Source: Solirubrobacterales bacterium (GTDB lineage Bacteria > Actinomycetota > Thermoleophilia > Solirubrobacterales > 70-9). Taken from it: a stretch of 64,000 bases of DNA. Below the pieces are notes generated by a model that was not told the DNA's origin, did no database searches, and saw nothing but the letters and a program-made list of their open reading frames with translations. Below, in pieces: positions 16,524-26,542 of this stretch. Made by a program: the position numbers and the translations under genes. Location of the stretch: NCBI GenBank assembly GCA_046330315.1, contig JAXLSZ010000012.1:398-64397 (forward strand). Direction: 5' to 3'. The first letter of the stretch is position 1. The number at the start of each line of letters is the position of its first letter.

Positions 16524-16952
16524 ATGCCACACGGCATCCGTCACGTACTCGTCATCCACGACGGCTCGAGCTCGGCGCGAAAGGCGCTCGTCGACGCGGC
16601 GACCATCGCCGATGAGCACGATGCGGAGATCTCCGTTGTGGCGCTGATCGATCGTCAGCCGGCCGAGGTCGGCTGCGCACGCTGCAGGCAGGCGACGGCC
16701 TACTGGAACGGGGTGCTGGAGGAGATGGCACAGGCCGACCTGGCCGAGGCCAGGGGAACCCTCGGCGAACGGGAGCCGGCGCCGCGATTCGAGATCGTCT
16801 CGGGAGCGGGCCCGAGCGGCGTCCGCCGCGCGGTCGCCCGGTTCGGATGCGACCTCGTGCTCGTGCCCGCGCGCGGTCCCTTCCGCGAGCGATTGGCGCG
16901 CCGGGTCCGGCGCCGCGTGACGGCGTCGGTCGTGGCTGTGAGCGCGAGCTGA
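16524..16952 (+). CDS. Universal stress protein family protein.
   Basis: ORF 16524..16952: IRHVLVIHDGSSSARKALVDAATIADEHDAEISVVAL...CDLVLVPARG. Confidence 0.65.
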   Translation: MPHGIRHVLVIHDGSSSARKALVDAATIADEHDAEISVVALIDRQPAEVGCARCRQATAYWNGVLEEMAQADLAEARGTLGEREPAPRFEIVSGAGPSGVRRAVARFGCDLVLVPARGPFRERLARRVRRRVTASVVAVSAS

Positions 16953-17055
16953 GGCGCGAAGCCCACCGCGGCGGCCACTGTCGCTGCCGGTCCTCGCCCC
17001 GGGCCCTGGGTCCCGGCGTGCCCGGGCGCCCGAGAGCGGGCGCCCGGGCGTTCGC

Positions 17056-17442
17056 TCAGGAGGACTCCGACTGCATCTCGGCCATGTTCCTGGTCACGAC
17101 CTCCATCGTGCGGCCCAGTTCCTCGCTGGGGCTGAACTCGACAACCTGGGTGCCGGCGTAGAGGACCGGCGTGTGCCCGGGGCCGACGTAGTAGGCGTCT
17201 CCGGTCTCGAAGACCTCCTCTCCGTCCGTCGAGCGAAATGCGACCTTGCCCTCGATCACGTAGCCCATGTGCTCGCACTGGCACTGATCGTCGGGGAGCC
17301 CCTTGAAGAGCGGCGACAGGTCGGCGTCCTGGGTGTAGGCCTCGAAGCCGACAGTCCAGCCACCTTCGAAGTGCTCGAAGTGACCTTCGTACCCCTCGAC
17401 CGTCTCGTGCTCCGAGGCCGTCTCCTTCGATGCCTTGGGCAT
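17056..17442 (-). CDS. Cupin domain-containing protein.
   Basis: ORF 17056..17442: ...CEHMGYVIEGKVAFRSTDGEEVFETGDAYYVGPGHTPVLYAGTQVVEF. A GAGGTAG-like ribosome-binding site lies upstream. Confidence 0.7.
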   Translation of the reverse strand: MPKASKETASEHETVEGYEGHFEHFEGGWTVGFEAYTQDADLSPLFKGLPDDQCQCEHMGYVIEGKVAFRSTDGEEVFETGDAYYVGPGHTPVLYAGTQVVEFSPSEELGRTMEVVTRNMAEMQSESS

Positions 17443-17515
17443 TTCTACCTCCTGTTCGGGTGGCTTGAAGCAGGCCCTTTCGGCCCGCGCCCTGAGGCGC
17501 AGGCAAGCGGCCCGC

Positions 17516-17887
17516 TCACTGCTTCGGATCGCCCGAGGCGACGTCGCGTTCGCGAACGATTCGTCCGTCGCGAATCTCGAGCATCGCGTTCGCCACGACC
17601 TTGCGGCCGCCGGGGAACTCGCAGGTAACGGTGGCGGCGGCGCGATCCTCGTCCGCGACCGCGTTCTCCACCGTCGCCTTGACGCCGGCGGCGGCGCAGT
17701 GCTCGAACATGCCCCTGAAAACCTCCTTGCCGTGCCGGACGCGGGGGGAGCTCGGCGGGTTGTCGCGGTCGATCTGTGTCAGCTCGACCTCGTCGGCGTA
17801 GAGCGCGAGCAGTGCCTCGATGTCCCAGTCCTCGTAGCCGCGCCTGAACGTTTCGAGATCGAAGGACGTGCTGGTCTTCACGGTCAT
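17516..17887 (-). CDS. Nuclear transport factor 2 / SnoaL-like family protein.
   Basis: ORF 17516..17887: FRRGYEDWDIEALLALYADEVELTQID...ANAMLEIRDGRIVRERD. Confidence 0.65.
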   Translation of the reverse strand: MTVKTSTSFDLETFRRGYEDWDIEALLALYADEVELTQIDRDNPPSSPRVRHGKEVFRGMFEHCAAAGVKATVENAVADEDRAAATVTCEFPGGRKVVANAMLEIRDGRIVRERDVASGDPKQ

Positions 17888-17931
17888 CGTGTACCTCCTC
17901 GGTTCGTGGATCCGACCGTTCGGGGGTTATC

Positions 17932-18444
17932 ATGGCCCTTGAACCGCGGTTCAAGTCAAGGCTCATCGAGATGGACGGATTCCCGGAGCTGACGATCGGC
18001 GAGGTGGCGCGTCGCGCGGGAGTGGCGACGTCCGCGATTCGGTACTACGAGCGGATCGGCCTGCTGCCCGAGCCGGACCGCCTGGGAGGACAGCGCCGGT
18101 ATGACCCGGACGTGATCGGGAAGATCGGCTTCATCGGTGTCGCCCAGAGCGCAGGGTTCAGACTGCGCGAGATCAAGCAGTTGATCGAGGGGGTCGATGG
18201 CGCGATCGGCATGGGCGAGCAGCTGCGGGCCCTCTCGAGCCAGAAGCTCGGCGAGGTCGAGGCGTTGCTCGAGCGCACCCAGGCGATGAAGGGGTGGCTC
18301 GAGGTGGCGAGGGAGTGTGGCTGTGCGACCCCCGCGGAGTGCGCCCTCTTCCCGATCGCCGGTGAGGCCCCCTTGGATCCCGATCTCGCCCTGCGGGTGA
18401 TCCGGGTCGAGGGCGGGGACTGTCGCCGTCCGTCCACCGGCTGA
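17932..18444 (+). CDS. MerR family transcriptional regulator.
   Basis: ORF 17932..18444: LTIGEVARRAGVATSAIRYYERIGLLPEPDRLGGQRRYDPDVIGKIGFIGVAQSAGFRLREIKQLI. Divergent from the SnoaL/cupin genes. An alternative ATG lies at 17971. Confidence 0.85.
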   Translation: MALEPRFKSRLIEMDGFPELTIGEVARRAGVATSAIRYYERIGLLPEPDRLGGQRRYDPDVIGKIGFIGVAQSAGFRLREIKQLIEGVDGAIGMGEQLRALSSQKLGEVEALLERTQAMKGWLEVARECGCATPAECALFPIAGEAPLDPDLALRVIRVEGGDCRRPSTG

Positions 18445-18619
18445 GCTTCCATCCACCCCTGCTTCCGCGCCGCCGGGAGCGTCTCGGGCGATCCACCGGC
18501 GCGGGCGATCGCGGATCGGCGCGGACCCGTTCGGATCGCACCGCAGGCCTTGCGGGCACGCTGGCCGGGCTGGGTCTGGTGAGCTTCGCGGTCCTGCGCA
18601 GCCGCCGCGCGGCTGCGCC

Positions 18620-20902
18620 TCAGGCCGGTCCGAGCGGGTCGGTGCCGCAGCGGCGGAAGTAGGGGAGCGTGGCGAGGGGAGCGGCGACGGTCGCGTTGCC
18701 CCGGCCCGCGTAGCGCCTTCCATCGGGGTCGCGCCAGCACCCGGCGGGGAGGTAGACCCGGCGCGACGTCGCTCCCTGCTCGACGACCGGGGCGACGAGG
18801 AGGTCGGGGCCCAGCAGCCACTCCTGGTCGGCCCGGCGCGCCCGGCGGTCGGCCGGGTCGGAGAGCCAGAGGGGGCGGGTCGGTGGGATTCCGGTGCGCC
18901 CGGCTGCCCTCCAGAGCCGCAGGATCAGGGGCGCGGCGCGCAGGTGCAGCCTGGAGAGGCGGCGGTAGATCCGAACCGTCTGGGCGTCGAAGGTCCAGGG
19001 CGCGTGGGTCCCGGTCGGCCCGGCGCCGTGCAGGCGGAATATGGGGCTCAGCGCCGCCCACTCGGCCCAGCGGATGAACAGCTCCTTGGTGGTCGGCGGC
19101 GTGGTGAGGTCGAAGTAGCCGCCGATGTCGGTGCCGTAGCCGTAGGCGCCGCCGACCGCGCGATTCAGCATGTCCGGGGTCGAGGAGGCCAGGCCGGAGG
19201 AGCGGCTCCAGTCCGTGGTCCCGTCGCCGGCGAAGTTGCCGCCCTCGTACGCGGTCGACCCGGGGTGCCCGCTGTAGCCGGCGCGGGTGAAGAACCAGAG
19301 CCTGCGGTTGGGATGGGAGCGCTCGTAGCTCTCGATCACCTCCCGGGTCGCCCTGTGGAAGAGGATCAGGTAGCGGTTGTGCATGGTCCGGCCCGTCTCG
19401 CCGTCGTGGAAGCGCATGCCGAACAGGACCTCCTCGCCGAAGTCCTGCATGAAGCCGTCGAAGCCGAGGCCGAAGACCGCGCGAACCTGGCGCTTCCAGT
19501 AGCGCACCGCGGCCGGGTCAGTGAAGTCGATCAGGGCGATCGGCCGGCCGGTGGTGCTGCTGGTCAGATACGGGGTGCCGTCGGCGTGGGTCGCGACCCA
19601 GCCCCTCTCGACGGCCGCGGAGTCGGGCTCCACCCAGGGGCGCAGGTAGGCGATCGGGTGGATGTTGCGGCTGCGCAGGGTGCGGATGACTCGCGCCTGG
19701 ACCTCCGGCGCGACGAAGGTGTGCAGGGCGAGGCCGTGGTTGCCACCCGGGAAGCCCCATCCCTCGATCCGGTAGGCGCGGATCGGGATCCTGTGCCGGC
19801 GCAGGTCGCGCAGGTCGGCGAGCAGGTTGCCCTCGTAGTCGGCCTGGGTCTCGCCGAAGTTCTTGACCAGCCGATCCATCATCGGGCCCAGGGCCCAGCG
19901 CGGCGGAAGCGGCTGGCGGCCGCTCAGCGAGGTCAGGGTGGCGATCGCCCGGCGCGGCGAGCCGGGCGCGACGACGTAGCGAAGCCCACGGGCCGAGGCC
20001 GCGACGTTCCACCTGCGAGGGCCGTCGACGGCGAGCTTGAAGCGCGCCAGCTGGGGCTGGTCGAGGAGGAACCCGTAGCCCCGCGAGGAGACGAACTCGG
20101 CCTGGGGGTAGTAGGCGGCGGGAGGCCCGTTCGGGTACAGCGAGGTGCCGTCCCCCCCGATCCCCCAGCCCGTGAGCCCGTCGACGTTCTCCTCGTTGAC
20201 GAAGCTCGAGAAGGCCTTTCCGCGCTGGTCGAGGCCGATGTGACGGCCCCCGAACCCGAAGTATCCCTCGCCCGGGCCGGAGACGAAGGAGTCGCCGAGG
20301 GTCGCGACGCCGGCGGCCGGGTGGGCGTCGGCCCGCACCGAGATCGCGCAGCATCCCGCCGGCGCCAGCCTCAGGCTCAGGGTCCGCCCGCTGGGATCGG
20401 ACGTGGCCAGGCGAAGCCGCACGCTCCCGCCGCCCGACCTGCGCGCGCCGAGCACCCGGGTCGCCGCGTACTGCACGCCGGAGCGCTGGCCGCTCTCGAG
20501 GTTGCCCCCGAACAGCCCGCCGTCGTACTGCTGGAGCGCCTCGCTGCCGACCAGGAAGGAGAGCGGCGCGTAGAGCGTCGGTGTGGCCGGGTTGTCGAAC
20601 CCGGGCGCCAGGGGGTCCGGCGTCAGCGGGGTCGGCAGTGGGCCTACCGGCGAGCCGCCCGACCGCCCGGCGAGCTCGGAGAGCATCGGGCGGCCCGTCC
20701 CGGTCGAGAACGAGAGCCGGAAGGGATCGCGGTCGACCGTGACCCTCGCGGCGGGGGCCCTGACGACAATGCGGGCCGCGCCGGGGCGGGTTTGGGGGTG
20801 CGCGGCCGCCGAGGTTGGGAGGGCGGAAATCGCCAGCAGGAGCGCCGCCCCCCAGCCGAGCGGCGACACAGCTCTGCCGTCCTCCCGCCGCGATCCCCGC
20901 AT
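18620..20902 (-). CDS. Glycoside hydrolase family 31 (alpha-glucosidase/alpha-xylosidase-like), secreted.
   Basis: Within ORF 18620..21763, from the ATG at 20902 (MRGSRREDGRAVSPLGWGAALLLAISALPTSAAA signal peptide). GH31-like blocks: GFDGFMQDFGE, FFTRAGYSG, FAGDGTTDW, YGTDIGGY, SPIFRLHG. Confidence 0.8.
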   Translation of the reverse strand: MRGSRREDGRAVSPLGWGAALLLAISALPTSAAAHPQTRPGAARIVVRAPAARVTVDRDPFRLSFSTGTGRPMLSELAGRSGGSPVGPLPTPLTPDPLAPGFDNPATPTLYAPLSFLVGSEALQQYDGGLFGGNLESGQRSGVQYAATRVLGARRSGGGSVRLRLATSDPSGRTLSLRLAPAGCCAISVRADAHPAAGVATLGDSFVSGPGEGYFGFGGRHIGLDQRGKAFSSFVNEENVDGLTGWGIGGDGTSLYPNGPPAAYYPQAEFVSSRGYGFLLDQPQLARFKLAVDGPRRWNVAASARGLRYVVAPGSPRRAIATLTSLSGRQPLPPRWALGPMMDRLVKNFGETQADYEGNLLADLRDLRRHRIPIRAYRIEGWGFPGGNHGLALHTFVAPEVQARVIRTLRSRNIHPIAYLRPWVEPDSAAVERGWVATHADGTPYLTSSTTGRPIALIDFTDPAAVRYWKRQVRAVFGLGFDGFMQDFGEEVLFGMRFHDGETGRTMHNRYLILFHRATREVIESYERSHPNRRLWFFTRAGYSGHPGSTAYEGGNFAGDGTTDWSRSSGLASSTPDMLNRAVGGAYGYGTDIGGYFDLTTPPTTKELFIRWAEWAALSPIFRLHGAGPTGTHAPWTFDAQTVRIYRRLSRLHLRAAPLILRLWRAAGRTGIPPTRPLWLSDPADRRARRADQEWLLGPDLLVAPVVEQGATSRRVYLPAGCWRDPDGRRYAGRGNATVAAPLATLPYFRRCGTDPLGPA

Positions 20903-21010
20903 GCCCGGCAGACTAGCGTCCTGGCCGAGGGCAGCGGGCCCGCAATGGGCAACGGGCCGAGCCGGGCCCCGTCGCCGCGCGGTCCCGGCCGAGCCGGTAA
21001 ACATCCAGCG

Positions 21011-21535
21011 ATGCCCCACGCCGAGCCGGGCGCGCTTCCCGCCCACATCGACTCCATCCCCGGTGCCCCGTTCACGGCCCCGGTACCGGGCAGGGTCATG
21101 GGACGCCGCTCCGAGGCGCTCGCCGGGCTCTCCCGCGACCACCATCAAGCCCTCGCGCGCGCGATCACCCTGAAGCGGGCGAACGAGGAGACGGCCGAGG
21201 CCGCCTGGCAGGAGTTCCACGGGTTCTGGCGCGAGGACGGAGCCGACCACTTCATCGAGGAGGAGACCGTCCTGCTGCCCGCCTACGCGGAATTCGCCGA
21301 TCCCGACCACCCGGCGATCATCCGCATGCTCCTCGAGCACGTGCTGATCCGGGCCAGGGTTTCGGAGCTGGAGGCCCGTGCCGAGCACGATGCCGCCGAC
21401 CTCAACCTGCTCGGGCAGTGGTTCGAGCTCCACGTGCGCCTGGAGGAGCGGGTGCTCTTCCCGCTGATCGAGGCGGCGCTCCCAGAGCGCGCCCAGGCGG
21501 CCCTTCTTAAGCGGCTGGGGAGCGAAGGCGGCTGA
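21011..21535 (+). CDS. Hemerythrin domain-containing protein.
   Basis: C-terminal part of ORF 18944..21535: LSRDHHQALARAITLKRA...HFIEEETVLLPAY...LLEHVLIRARV...HVRLEERVLFPLIE. ATG at 21011 or 21098. Confidence 0.7.
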   Translation: MPHAEPGALPAHIDSIPGAPFTAPVPGRVMGRRSEALAGLSRDHHQALARAITLKRANEETAEAAWQEFHGFWREDGADHFIEEETVLLPAYAEFADPDHPAIIRMLLEHVLIRARVSELEARAEHDAADLNLLGQWFELHVRLEERVLFPLIEAALPERAQAALLKRLGSEGG

Positions 21536-21656
21536 GGGCCCTCGGGGCCCCCGCTGCAAAGGCCCGTCGCTGGACCGCGCGGGCGAGGGAGAGCAGGTGG
21601 CGCGCGCCGGCCACCGGGCCCGAGAGCGGCGGGTCCGCTCGAGCGAGCGGGAGCAA

Positions 21657-21680
21657 GAGGCACCGCTACCGGGATTCGAA
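21657..21680. repeat. Distal att-like direct repeat (duplicate of the tRNA-Glu 3' end).
   Basis: Exact 24/24 match to 26539..26562. Followed on the left by a short hairpin (ccgctcg ag cgagcgg, ~21635..21650) that could be the original tRNA terminator. Confidence 0.7.
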
Positions 21681-21765
21681 GAGAGTAACTCTGATTGGGC
21701 ACGTTTATAGGCTCGTATCGGGCATAAAGCCTGGCTCTGATTGTGCATGATATTATCCTCCAATC

Positions 21766-23058
21766 ATGCAAGGGGACTCGACGCCTGGCAGGAGACCTCT
21801 GAGTCGACTAGTCGATCGGCGGATCGAGAGTGTGGCGCTGGAGCGGATGCGCGAGGAGCCCGTGCTCGCGCTCCAGGGCCCCCGCGCCGTGGGAAAGACC
21901 ACGTTGCTCAACGCCCTGGCTAGGGCGCACAACGCATCGGTGATCGACCTCGACGACCTCGCCACGCGCGAGGCGGTCGCCGCCGATCCGGCGACCTTCG
22001 TCTCCGGGCCTGCCCCGGTCCTGATCGACGAGTACCAGCACGTCCCCGTCCTCCTCGACGCGATCAAGGCCGAGCTCAACAGGGCCTCCTCGCCCGGGAG
22101 ATTCATGATCACCGGCTCGACGCGCTACGACGCGCTGCCGATGGCCGCACAGGCGCTGACGGGCCGGCTCCACCTGCTCACCGTGCTTCCTCTTGCGCAG
22201 GCGGAGCTTACGGGCGAAGGCGGCGACCTCCTCAGGCTCCTCTTTGACGATCCCCTCGCCCTGGTGACACCGAAGGCGTCGAGCACCTCGCGGGAAGAGT
22301 ACGCGGAGCGGATCGTCGCCGGCGGGTTTCCGCCGGCGCTCCGGCGCGCGACGGGCACCGCGCGTGGACGCTGGTTCGACGACTACCTGCGCCTCTGCCT
22401 CGAGCGCGACGCGGCGGAGCTCGCCCGAATCCAGCAACGCGCGGCGCTTCCCGAGCTCCTCGCCCGGCTCGCCGCGCAGACCGGTCAGGTGCTGAACGTA
22501 GCCGCTGCGGGGGCGAGTGCCGGCCTGAATAAGCGCACAGCCGACAACTACACCAAGCTGCTCGAGGCGCTCTTCCTGATCGAACGCCTGCCCGCCTGGG
22601 GGCGCACGCTTCGCGCCCGGGCTGCCCGGCTCCCGAAGGTCCACGTAGTCGACTCGGGCCTCGCGGCGCGCCTCCTGCGTCTCACGCCCGAGCGGCTCCT
22701 GCGCCGCGACGTGGCCGCGCTCCAGCAGTTCGGCCACCTGCTCGAGACCTTCGTCGTCGGCGAGGTCCGAAAGCAGGCGAGCTGGCTCGAGGGAATCGCC
22801 GGCCTCGGCCACTGGCGCACCCACGACGGCGCCGAACTGGATCTGGTGATCGAACGCGATGACGGCTCGGTCGTCGGGATCGAGGTCAAGGCCGCAGGCC
22901 GGGTAGCGCGGAGGGACACCGCGGGCCTGCGCGCGACCCGGAACTCCCTCGGGGAGGCTTTCGTGGCCGGCGCGGTCCTGTACGCCGGATCGCGTTCCTA
23001 CACGGCCGAGGATCGAATTCACGTCCTCCCGGTCGACCGCCTCTGGCAGTCGCCTTAA
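21766..23058 (+). CDS. AAA-family ATPase with a DUF4143 domain (AAA_14/DUF4143 ATP-binding protein).
   Basis: ORF 21766..23058: Walker A LQGPRAVGKTTLL, Walker B VLIDEYQ, C-terminal ...LETFVVGEVRKQ...LGHWRTHDGAELDLVIE...GIEVKA. Confidence 0.8.
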   Translation: MQGDSTPGRRPLSRLVDRRIESVALERMREEPVLALQGPRAVGKTTLLNALARAHNASVIDLDDLATREAVAADPATFVSGPAPVLIDEYQHVPVLLDAIKAELNRASSPGRFMITGSTRYDALPMAAQALTGRLHLLTVLPLAQAELTGEGGDLLRLLFDDPLALVTPKASSTSREEYAERIVAGGFPPALRRATGTARGRWFDDYLRLCLERDAAELARIQQRAALPELLARLAAQTGQVLNVAAAGASAGLNKRTADNYTKLLEALFLIERLPAWGRTLRARAARLPKVHVVDSGLAARLLRLTPERLLRRDVAALQQFGHLLETFVVGEVRKQASWLEGIAGLGHWRTHDGAELDLVIERDDGSVVGIEVKAAGRVARRDTAGLRATRNSLGEAFVAGAVLYAGSRSYTAEDRIHVLPVDRLWQSP

Positions 23059-23243
23059 CCGCGTACCCGCTCGTCGAGCAGACCGCGACGGCGGAGGCTT
23101 CCGCTTGCCGCCCGCGGCGGGAGTGTCAACTGGTGGGCAGGCTGCTTCTGAGTGTCCGCAGCGGCCGCCATGGAGACGCGGGCCGTCGTGCCTCCCTTTC
23201 GCGCGGAGCGAAAGCGGGGCCGCCGGCGTTCGACAGATGAACG

Positions 23244-24170
23244 TCAGCTGGACGCGTCGGGCCCGCGCTCTCTCGTGTCGGGGCCGGCAGAGGCCACTGA
23301 GGCGCTACCGGACCCAATCTCGCCTGCCTCTTCGGTCGCCACCCAGCTCGCGAGCAGGCTGAAGGCCTCGGCGGACTTCGAGCCGGGTTCGGCGGTGTAG
23401 GCGACGATGCTCAGACCGGGGTCACCCGGGAGCTCGATCCGGTTGTAGCTGAGCTCCAGCTCGCCGACGACGGGATGCTTGAACTGCTTCTCGCCCTTGT
23501 TGTGGAGCCGAACGTCGTGGGTCGCCCAGTAGCCGCGGAACTCCTCGCTTCGTGTTGATAGCTCACCGACCAGGCCGGACAGGCCACGATCCAACGGGTT
23601 GCGGCCGGCCTCGGTGCGGAGCAGGGCAACGCAGTCTCTTGCCGAACGCTCCCAGTCGGCGTAGAAGTCCTCGGCCCGCGGGTCGAGGAACATGAAGCGA
23701 GCGAAGTTGACGGGGTGTCCCGACCCGTCGAAGAGGTGCGAGTAGAAAGCCCGCGCCAGCTGGTTGGTGGCAAGCGCATCGAGGCGGCCGTTCTCCGCGA
23801 TCGCCGCGGATCCTGTCATCGAATCGAGCATCCATTGCACGCTCGGGCGGACGTTCTGCTTGACAGCGCGACTGCGGCCCCAAGGGGCCGGCCGCGAAGC
23901 GCGGGCCAGGTCGAAGAGGTGGGCGCGTTCCGCCTCGTCGAGCCGTAGGGCGCGCGCGAGGGCATCGAGCACGCTGTCGGAGGCGCCGCTCAGGTTGCCG
24001 CGCTCCATCCGGTTGTAGTAGTCGACGCTGACTCCGGCCAGGGTCGCGACCTCCTCCCGGCGCAGGCCCGGAACGCGGCGCGTCCCGTAGCTCGGCAGGC
24101 CGATCTCCTCGGCTGTGATCCTCGCTCGCCGCGAGGTCAGGAAATCGCGGATCTCGCTTCTTGTGTCCAC
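23244..24170 (-). CDS. Helix-turn-helix XRE-family (MmyB-like) transcriptional regulator.
   Basis: ORF 23244..24170: IRDFLTSRRARITAEEIGLPSYGTRRVPGLRREEVATLAGVSVDYYNRMERG plus an MmyB-like C-terminal domain (NFARFMFLDPRAEDFYADWE...). Confidence 0.85.
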   Translation of the reverse strand: MDTRSEIRDFLTSRRARITAEEIGLPSYGTRRVPGLRREEVATLAGVSVDYYNRMERGNLSGASDSVLDALARALRLDEAERAHLFDLARASRPAPWGRSRAVKQNVRPSVQWMLDSMTGSAAIAENGRLDALATNQLARAFYSHLFDGSGHPVNFARFMFLDPRAEDFYADWERSARDCVALLRTEAGRNPLDRGLSGLVGELSTRSEEFRGYWATHDVRLHNKGEKQFKHPVVGELELSYNRIELPGDPGLSIVAYTAEPGSKSAEAFSLLASWVATEEAGEIGSGSASVASAGPDTRERGPDASS

Positions 24171-24305
24171 GTCCGAAAGTCGAGGGTAAACGCGTCAGAG
24201 CGCCCGTGGGGTGCCCTGCGAGTACCGGGAACGAGCCGCCCTCTCAGCCTCGCCGAATCGGTGCTTCCCTGGAGGGGCACCAATGAAGACAGCGAGGAGA
24301 AGACG

Positions 24306-25328
24306 ATGAAGGCAGCAGTCATGCACGCCCCGGGCGACGTCCGCGTCGAGGACCGTGACGACCCTCAGGTCCTCGAACCGACTGACGCTGTGATCCGCGT
24401 CTCGGCGGCCTGCGTCTGCGGCTCGGACCTATGGCTGTACCGGGGCATCGAGGAGATGGAATGGCCCGCGCCCATGGGCCACGAGTACGCCGGGGTCATC
24501 GAAGAGGTCGGCGACGAGGTCGAGACGATCAAACCGGGGCAGTTCGTCGTCGGCTCGTTCTGGGCAACGGACAACACGTGCCCGATCTGCCGGGCCGGCT
24601 ATCAGAGCGGGTGCGTCAACCGGGTGCCGATGGGCATGCTGGGCGCCCAGGCCGAGTTCCTGCGCGTTCCGCTTGCCGACGGAACCCTCATTGCCACCCC
24701 GGAGTTTCCCGACGACGACCTGGTCCCGAGCCTGCTCACCGCATCCGACGTGCTCGGCACGGGTTGGTTTGGCGCAGTCGCCGCCGAGGCCGGGCCCGGC
24801 AAAAGCGTCGCCGTCGTCGGCGATGGCGCGGTCGGCCTGCTGGCGGTGCTGGCCGCCAAGCAGCTCGGCGCCGAGCGGATCATCGCGATGAGCCGTCACG
24901 AGCCGCGCCAGCGCATCGCGACCGAGTACGGCGCAACCGACATCGTCGAGGAGCGCGGCGAGGACGGCGTGGCGAAGATCAAGGAGGTCACCGAGGGGCT
25001 CGGTGCTCACTCTGTGGTCGAGGCCGTCGGCACCCAGGAGTCGATGATGCAGGCGATCAGCTCGACCCGCCCCGGCGGACACGTCGGCTTCGTTGGCGTC
25101 GGGCACGGCGTCGCCATCGACGGAATGGACCTGTTCTGGAGCCTCGTGCACCTGCACGGCGGCCCGGCGCCCGTGCGGCGCTTCCTGCCCGAACTGATCG
25201 ACCTGATCTGGAGGCGCGAGATCGACCCCGGAAAGGTCTTCGACCTCGAGTTGCCGCTCAACGAAGCCGCCGAGGGATATGAGGCCATGGATCAGCGGCG
25301 GGCGATCAAGGCGCTGCTTCGCCCTTGA
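24306..25328 (+). CDS. Zinc-dependent alcohol dehydrogenase family oxidoreductase.
   Basis: In ORF 24261..25328. The ATG at 24306 follows GAGGAGAAG. MKAAVMHAPGDVRVEDRDDP...CVCGSDLWLYRG...GHEYAGVIEEVG...VAVVGDGAVGL. Confidence 0.9.
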   Translation: MKAAVMHAPGDVRVEDRDDPQVLEPTDAVIRVSAACVCGSDLWLYRGIEEMEWPAPMGHEYAGVIEEVGDEVETIKPGQFVVGSFWATDNTCPICRAGYQSGCVNRVPMGMLGAQAEFLRVPLADGTLIATPEFPDDDLVPSLLTASDVLGTGWFGAVAAEAGPGKSVAVVGDGAVGLLAVLAAKQLGAERIIAMSRHEPRQRIATEYGATDIVEERGEDGVAKIKEVTEGLGAHSVVEAVGTQESMMQAISSTRPGGHVGFVGVGHGVAIDGMDLFWSLVHLHGGPAPVRRFLPELIDLIWRREIDPGKVFDLELPLNEAAEGYEAMDQRRAIKALLRP

Positions 25329-26098
25329 CCGCGCCGGTGGAGAACGGCGAGTTCGCGGGCAAGGTCTCGTTCGTGACCGGCGCCGCCAGCGGGATCGGCC
25401 GCGCAACGGCGCTTGCGTTCGCGCGGGAGGGGGCCGCCGTGGTCGCCGCCGACCTCTCTGAGCAGGCGAATACCGAGACCGTTCGCCTGATTGAAGACCT
25501 CGGAGGCCGGGCCCTCGGACTGCGATGCGACGTGACCAGCTCTGACGACGTGCAGGTCGCCGTCGAGAGGACCGTGCAGGAGTTCGACCGCCTCGACCTC
25601 GCGTTCAACAACGCCGGCATCGAGCAGCCGATCAAAGCGACGGCCGAGCTCACCGAGGAGGAGTGGAGCCGCAGCCTGGCGGTGAACCTCACCGGGGTGT
25701 TCACGTGCATGAAGCACCAGATCCCGGTGATGCTCGAGCTGGGGGGAGGGGCGATCGTCAACACATCGTCGGGTGCAGGGGTAAGAGGCTTCGCCGGCCA
25801 GGCCGCCTACTCGGCCGCAAAGCACGGCGTGATCGGCCTGACCAAAGCCGCGGCGCTCGACTACACGCAATCGAACATCCGCATCAACGCGGTCTGCCCG
25901 GGGATCGTCGGGACGGAGATGATGGAGCGCTTCACCGGAGGGACAGCCGAAGGCGAGGCGCGCGTGATCGCGCAGGAGCCCGTCGGACGTATGGGCCGGC
26001 CCGAGGAGATTGCCGCGGCGGTCGTCTGGCTGTGCTCCGAGCGGGCGTCCTTCCTCGTCGGACACGCCATGGTGGTCGACGGCGGCCAGACGGCGTAG
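25325..26098 (+). CDS. SDR family oxidoreductase.
   Basis: ORF 25325..26098. The TTG start overlaps the ADH stop (TTGA). VSFVTGAASGIGRATA, NNAG, YSAAKHG. Confidence 0.9.
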   Translation: MTAPVENGEFAGKVSFVTGAASGIGRATALAFAREGAAVVAADLSEQANTETVRLIEDLGGRALGLRCDVTSSDDVQVAVERTVQEFDRLDLAFNNAGIEQPIKATAELTEEEWSRSLAVNLTGVFTCMKHQIPVMLELGGGAIVNTSSGAGVRGFAGQAAYSAAKHGVIGLTKAAALDYTQSNIRINAVCPGIVGTEMMERFTGGTAEGEARVIAQEPVGRMGRPEEIAAAVVWLCSERASFLVGHAMVVDGGQTA

Positions 26099-26515
26099 CC
26101 GCCGCTTTCGATAGCGAACGCACGGGTTCCGCCCTCCGGGCTCTGCTTTCGCGTGAGGGGAGGCGCGTGTCGGAGCGGGACGACGTGCTCGCTCCGGACG
26201 AGGCCGAGGCGCTGCGGCGCGGATCCGCTGACGCCCGCATCGGCCAAGCGGAAGTGTGCAGCCGAGACTTCCGCTCCCGGGAAACGCGAGCGCGCTCGGC
26301 ACAAGTCGCGATACGACTGCCGCTCGTCCATTTGGGGCGTCTTGCCGCCCTCCGGTGGCCCTGGCCGATGTTTGCTTCCGCGTTGCACGAGGAGCAGTCG
26401 CTCTCCCCGAAGCAACCACCCTGCGGAGAAGCGGCGGAACGGCCACCAGGAAGCAGCGCTCGGAACAGGAAATGTGCCCCTATTGTGCCCACGAGCGAGC
26501 CGAAAAGTGGCGAAT

Positions 26516-26533
26516 CCCGCTTGATCAAGCGGG
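26516..26533. terminator. Perfect 18-bp palindrome immediately 3' of tRNA-Glu.
   Basis: cccgcttgatcaagcggg is its own reverse complement and lies 10 nt downstream of the tRNA 3' end. Possibly a terminator or a recombination-site-adjacent structure. Confidence 0.4.
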
Positions 26534-26542
26534 ATCCCGAGG

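Noticed and set aside
21766-23058. The DUF4143 AAA ATPase on the island as a candidate phage-defence gene.
   Set aside because: It is a single gene with no nuclease or effector partner. This family is very common and not by itself diagnostic of a defence system.
26099-26538. Search for an integrase, excisionase or relic at the tRNA-proximal end of the island.
   Set aside because: I translated all six frames by eye. I saw no tyrosine-recombinase (R..H.LRH..Y) or serine-recombinase motifs and no convincing protein-like sequence. The region is left unannotated rather than called.
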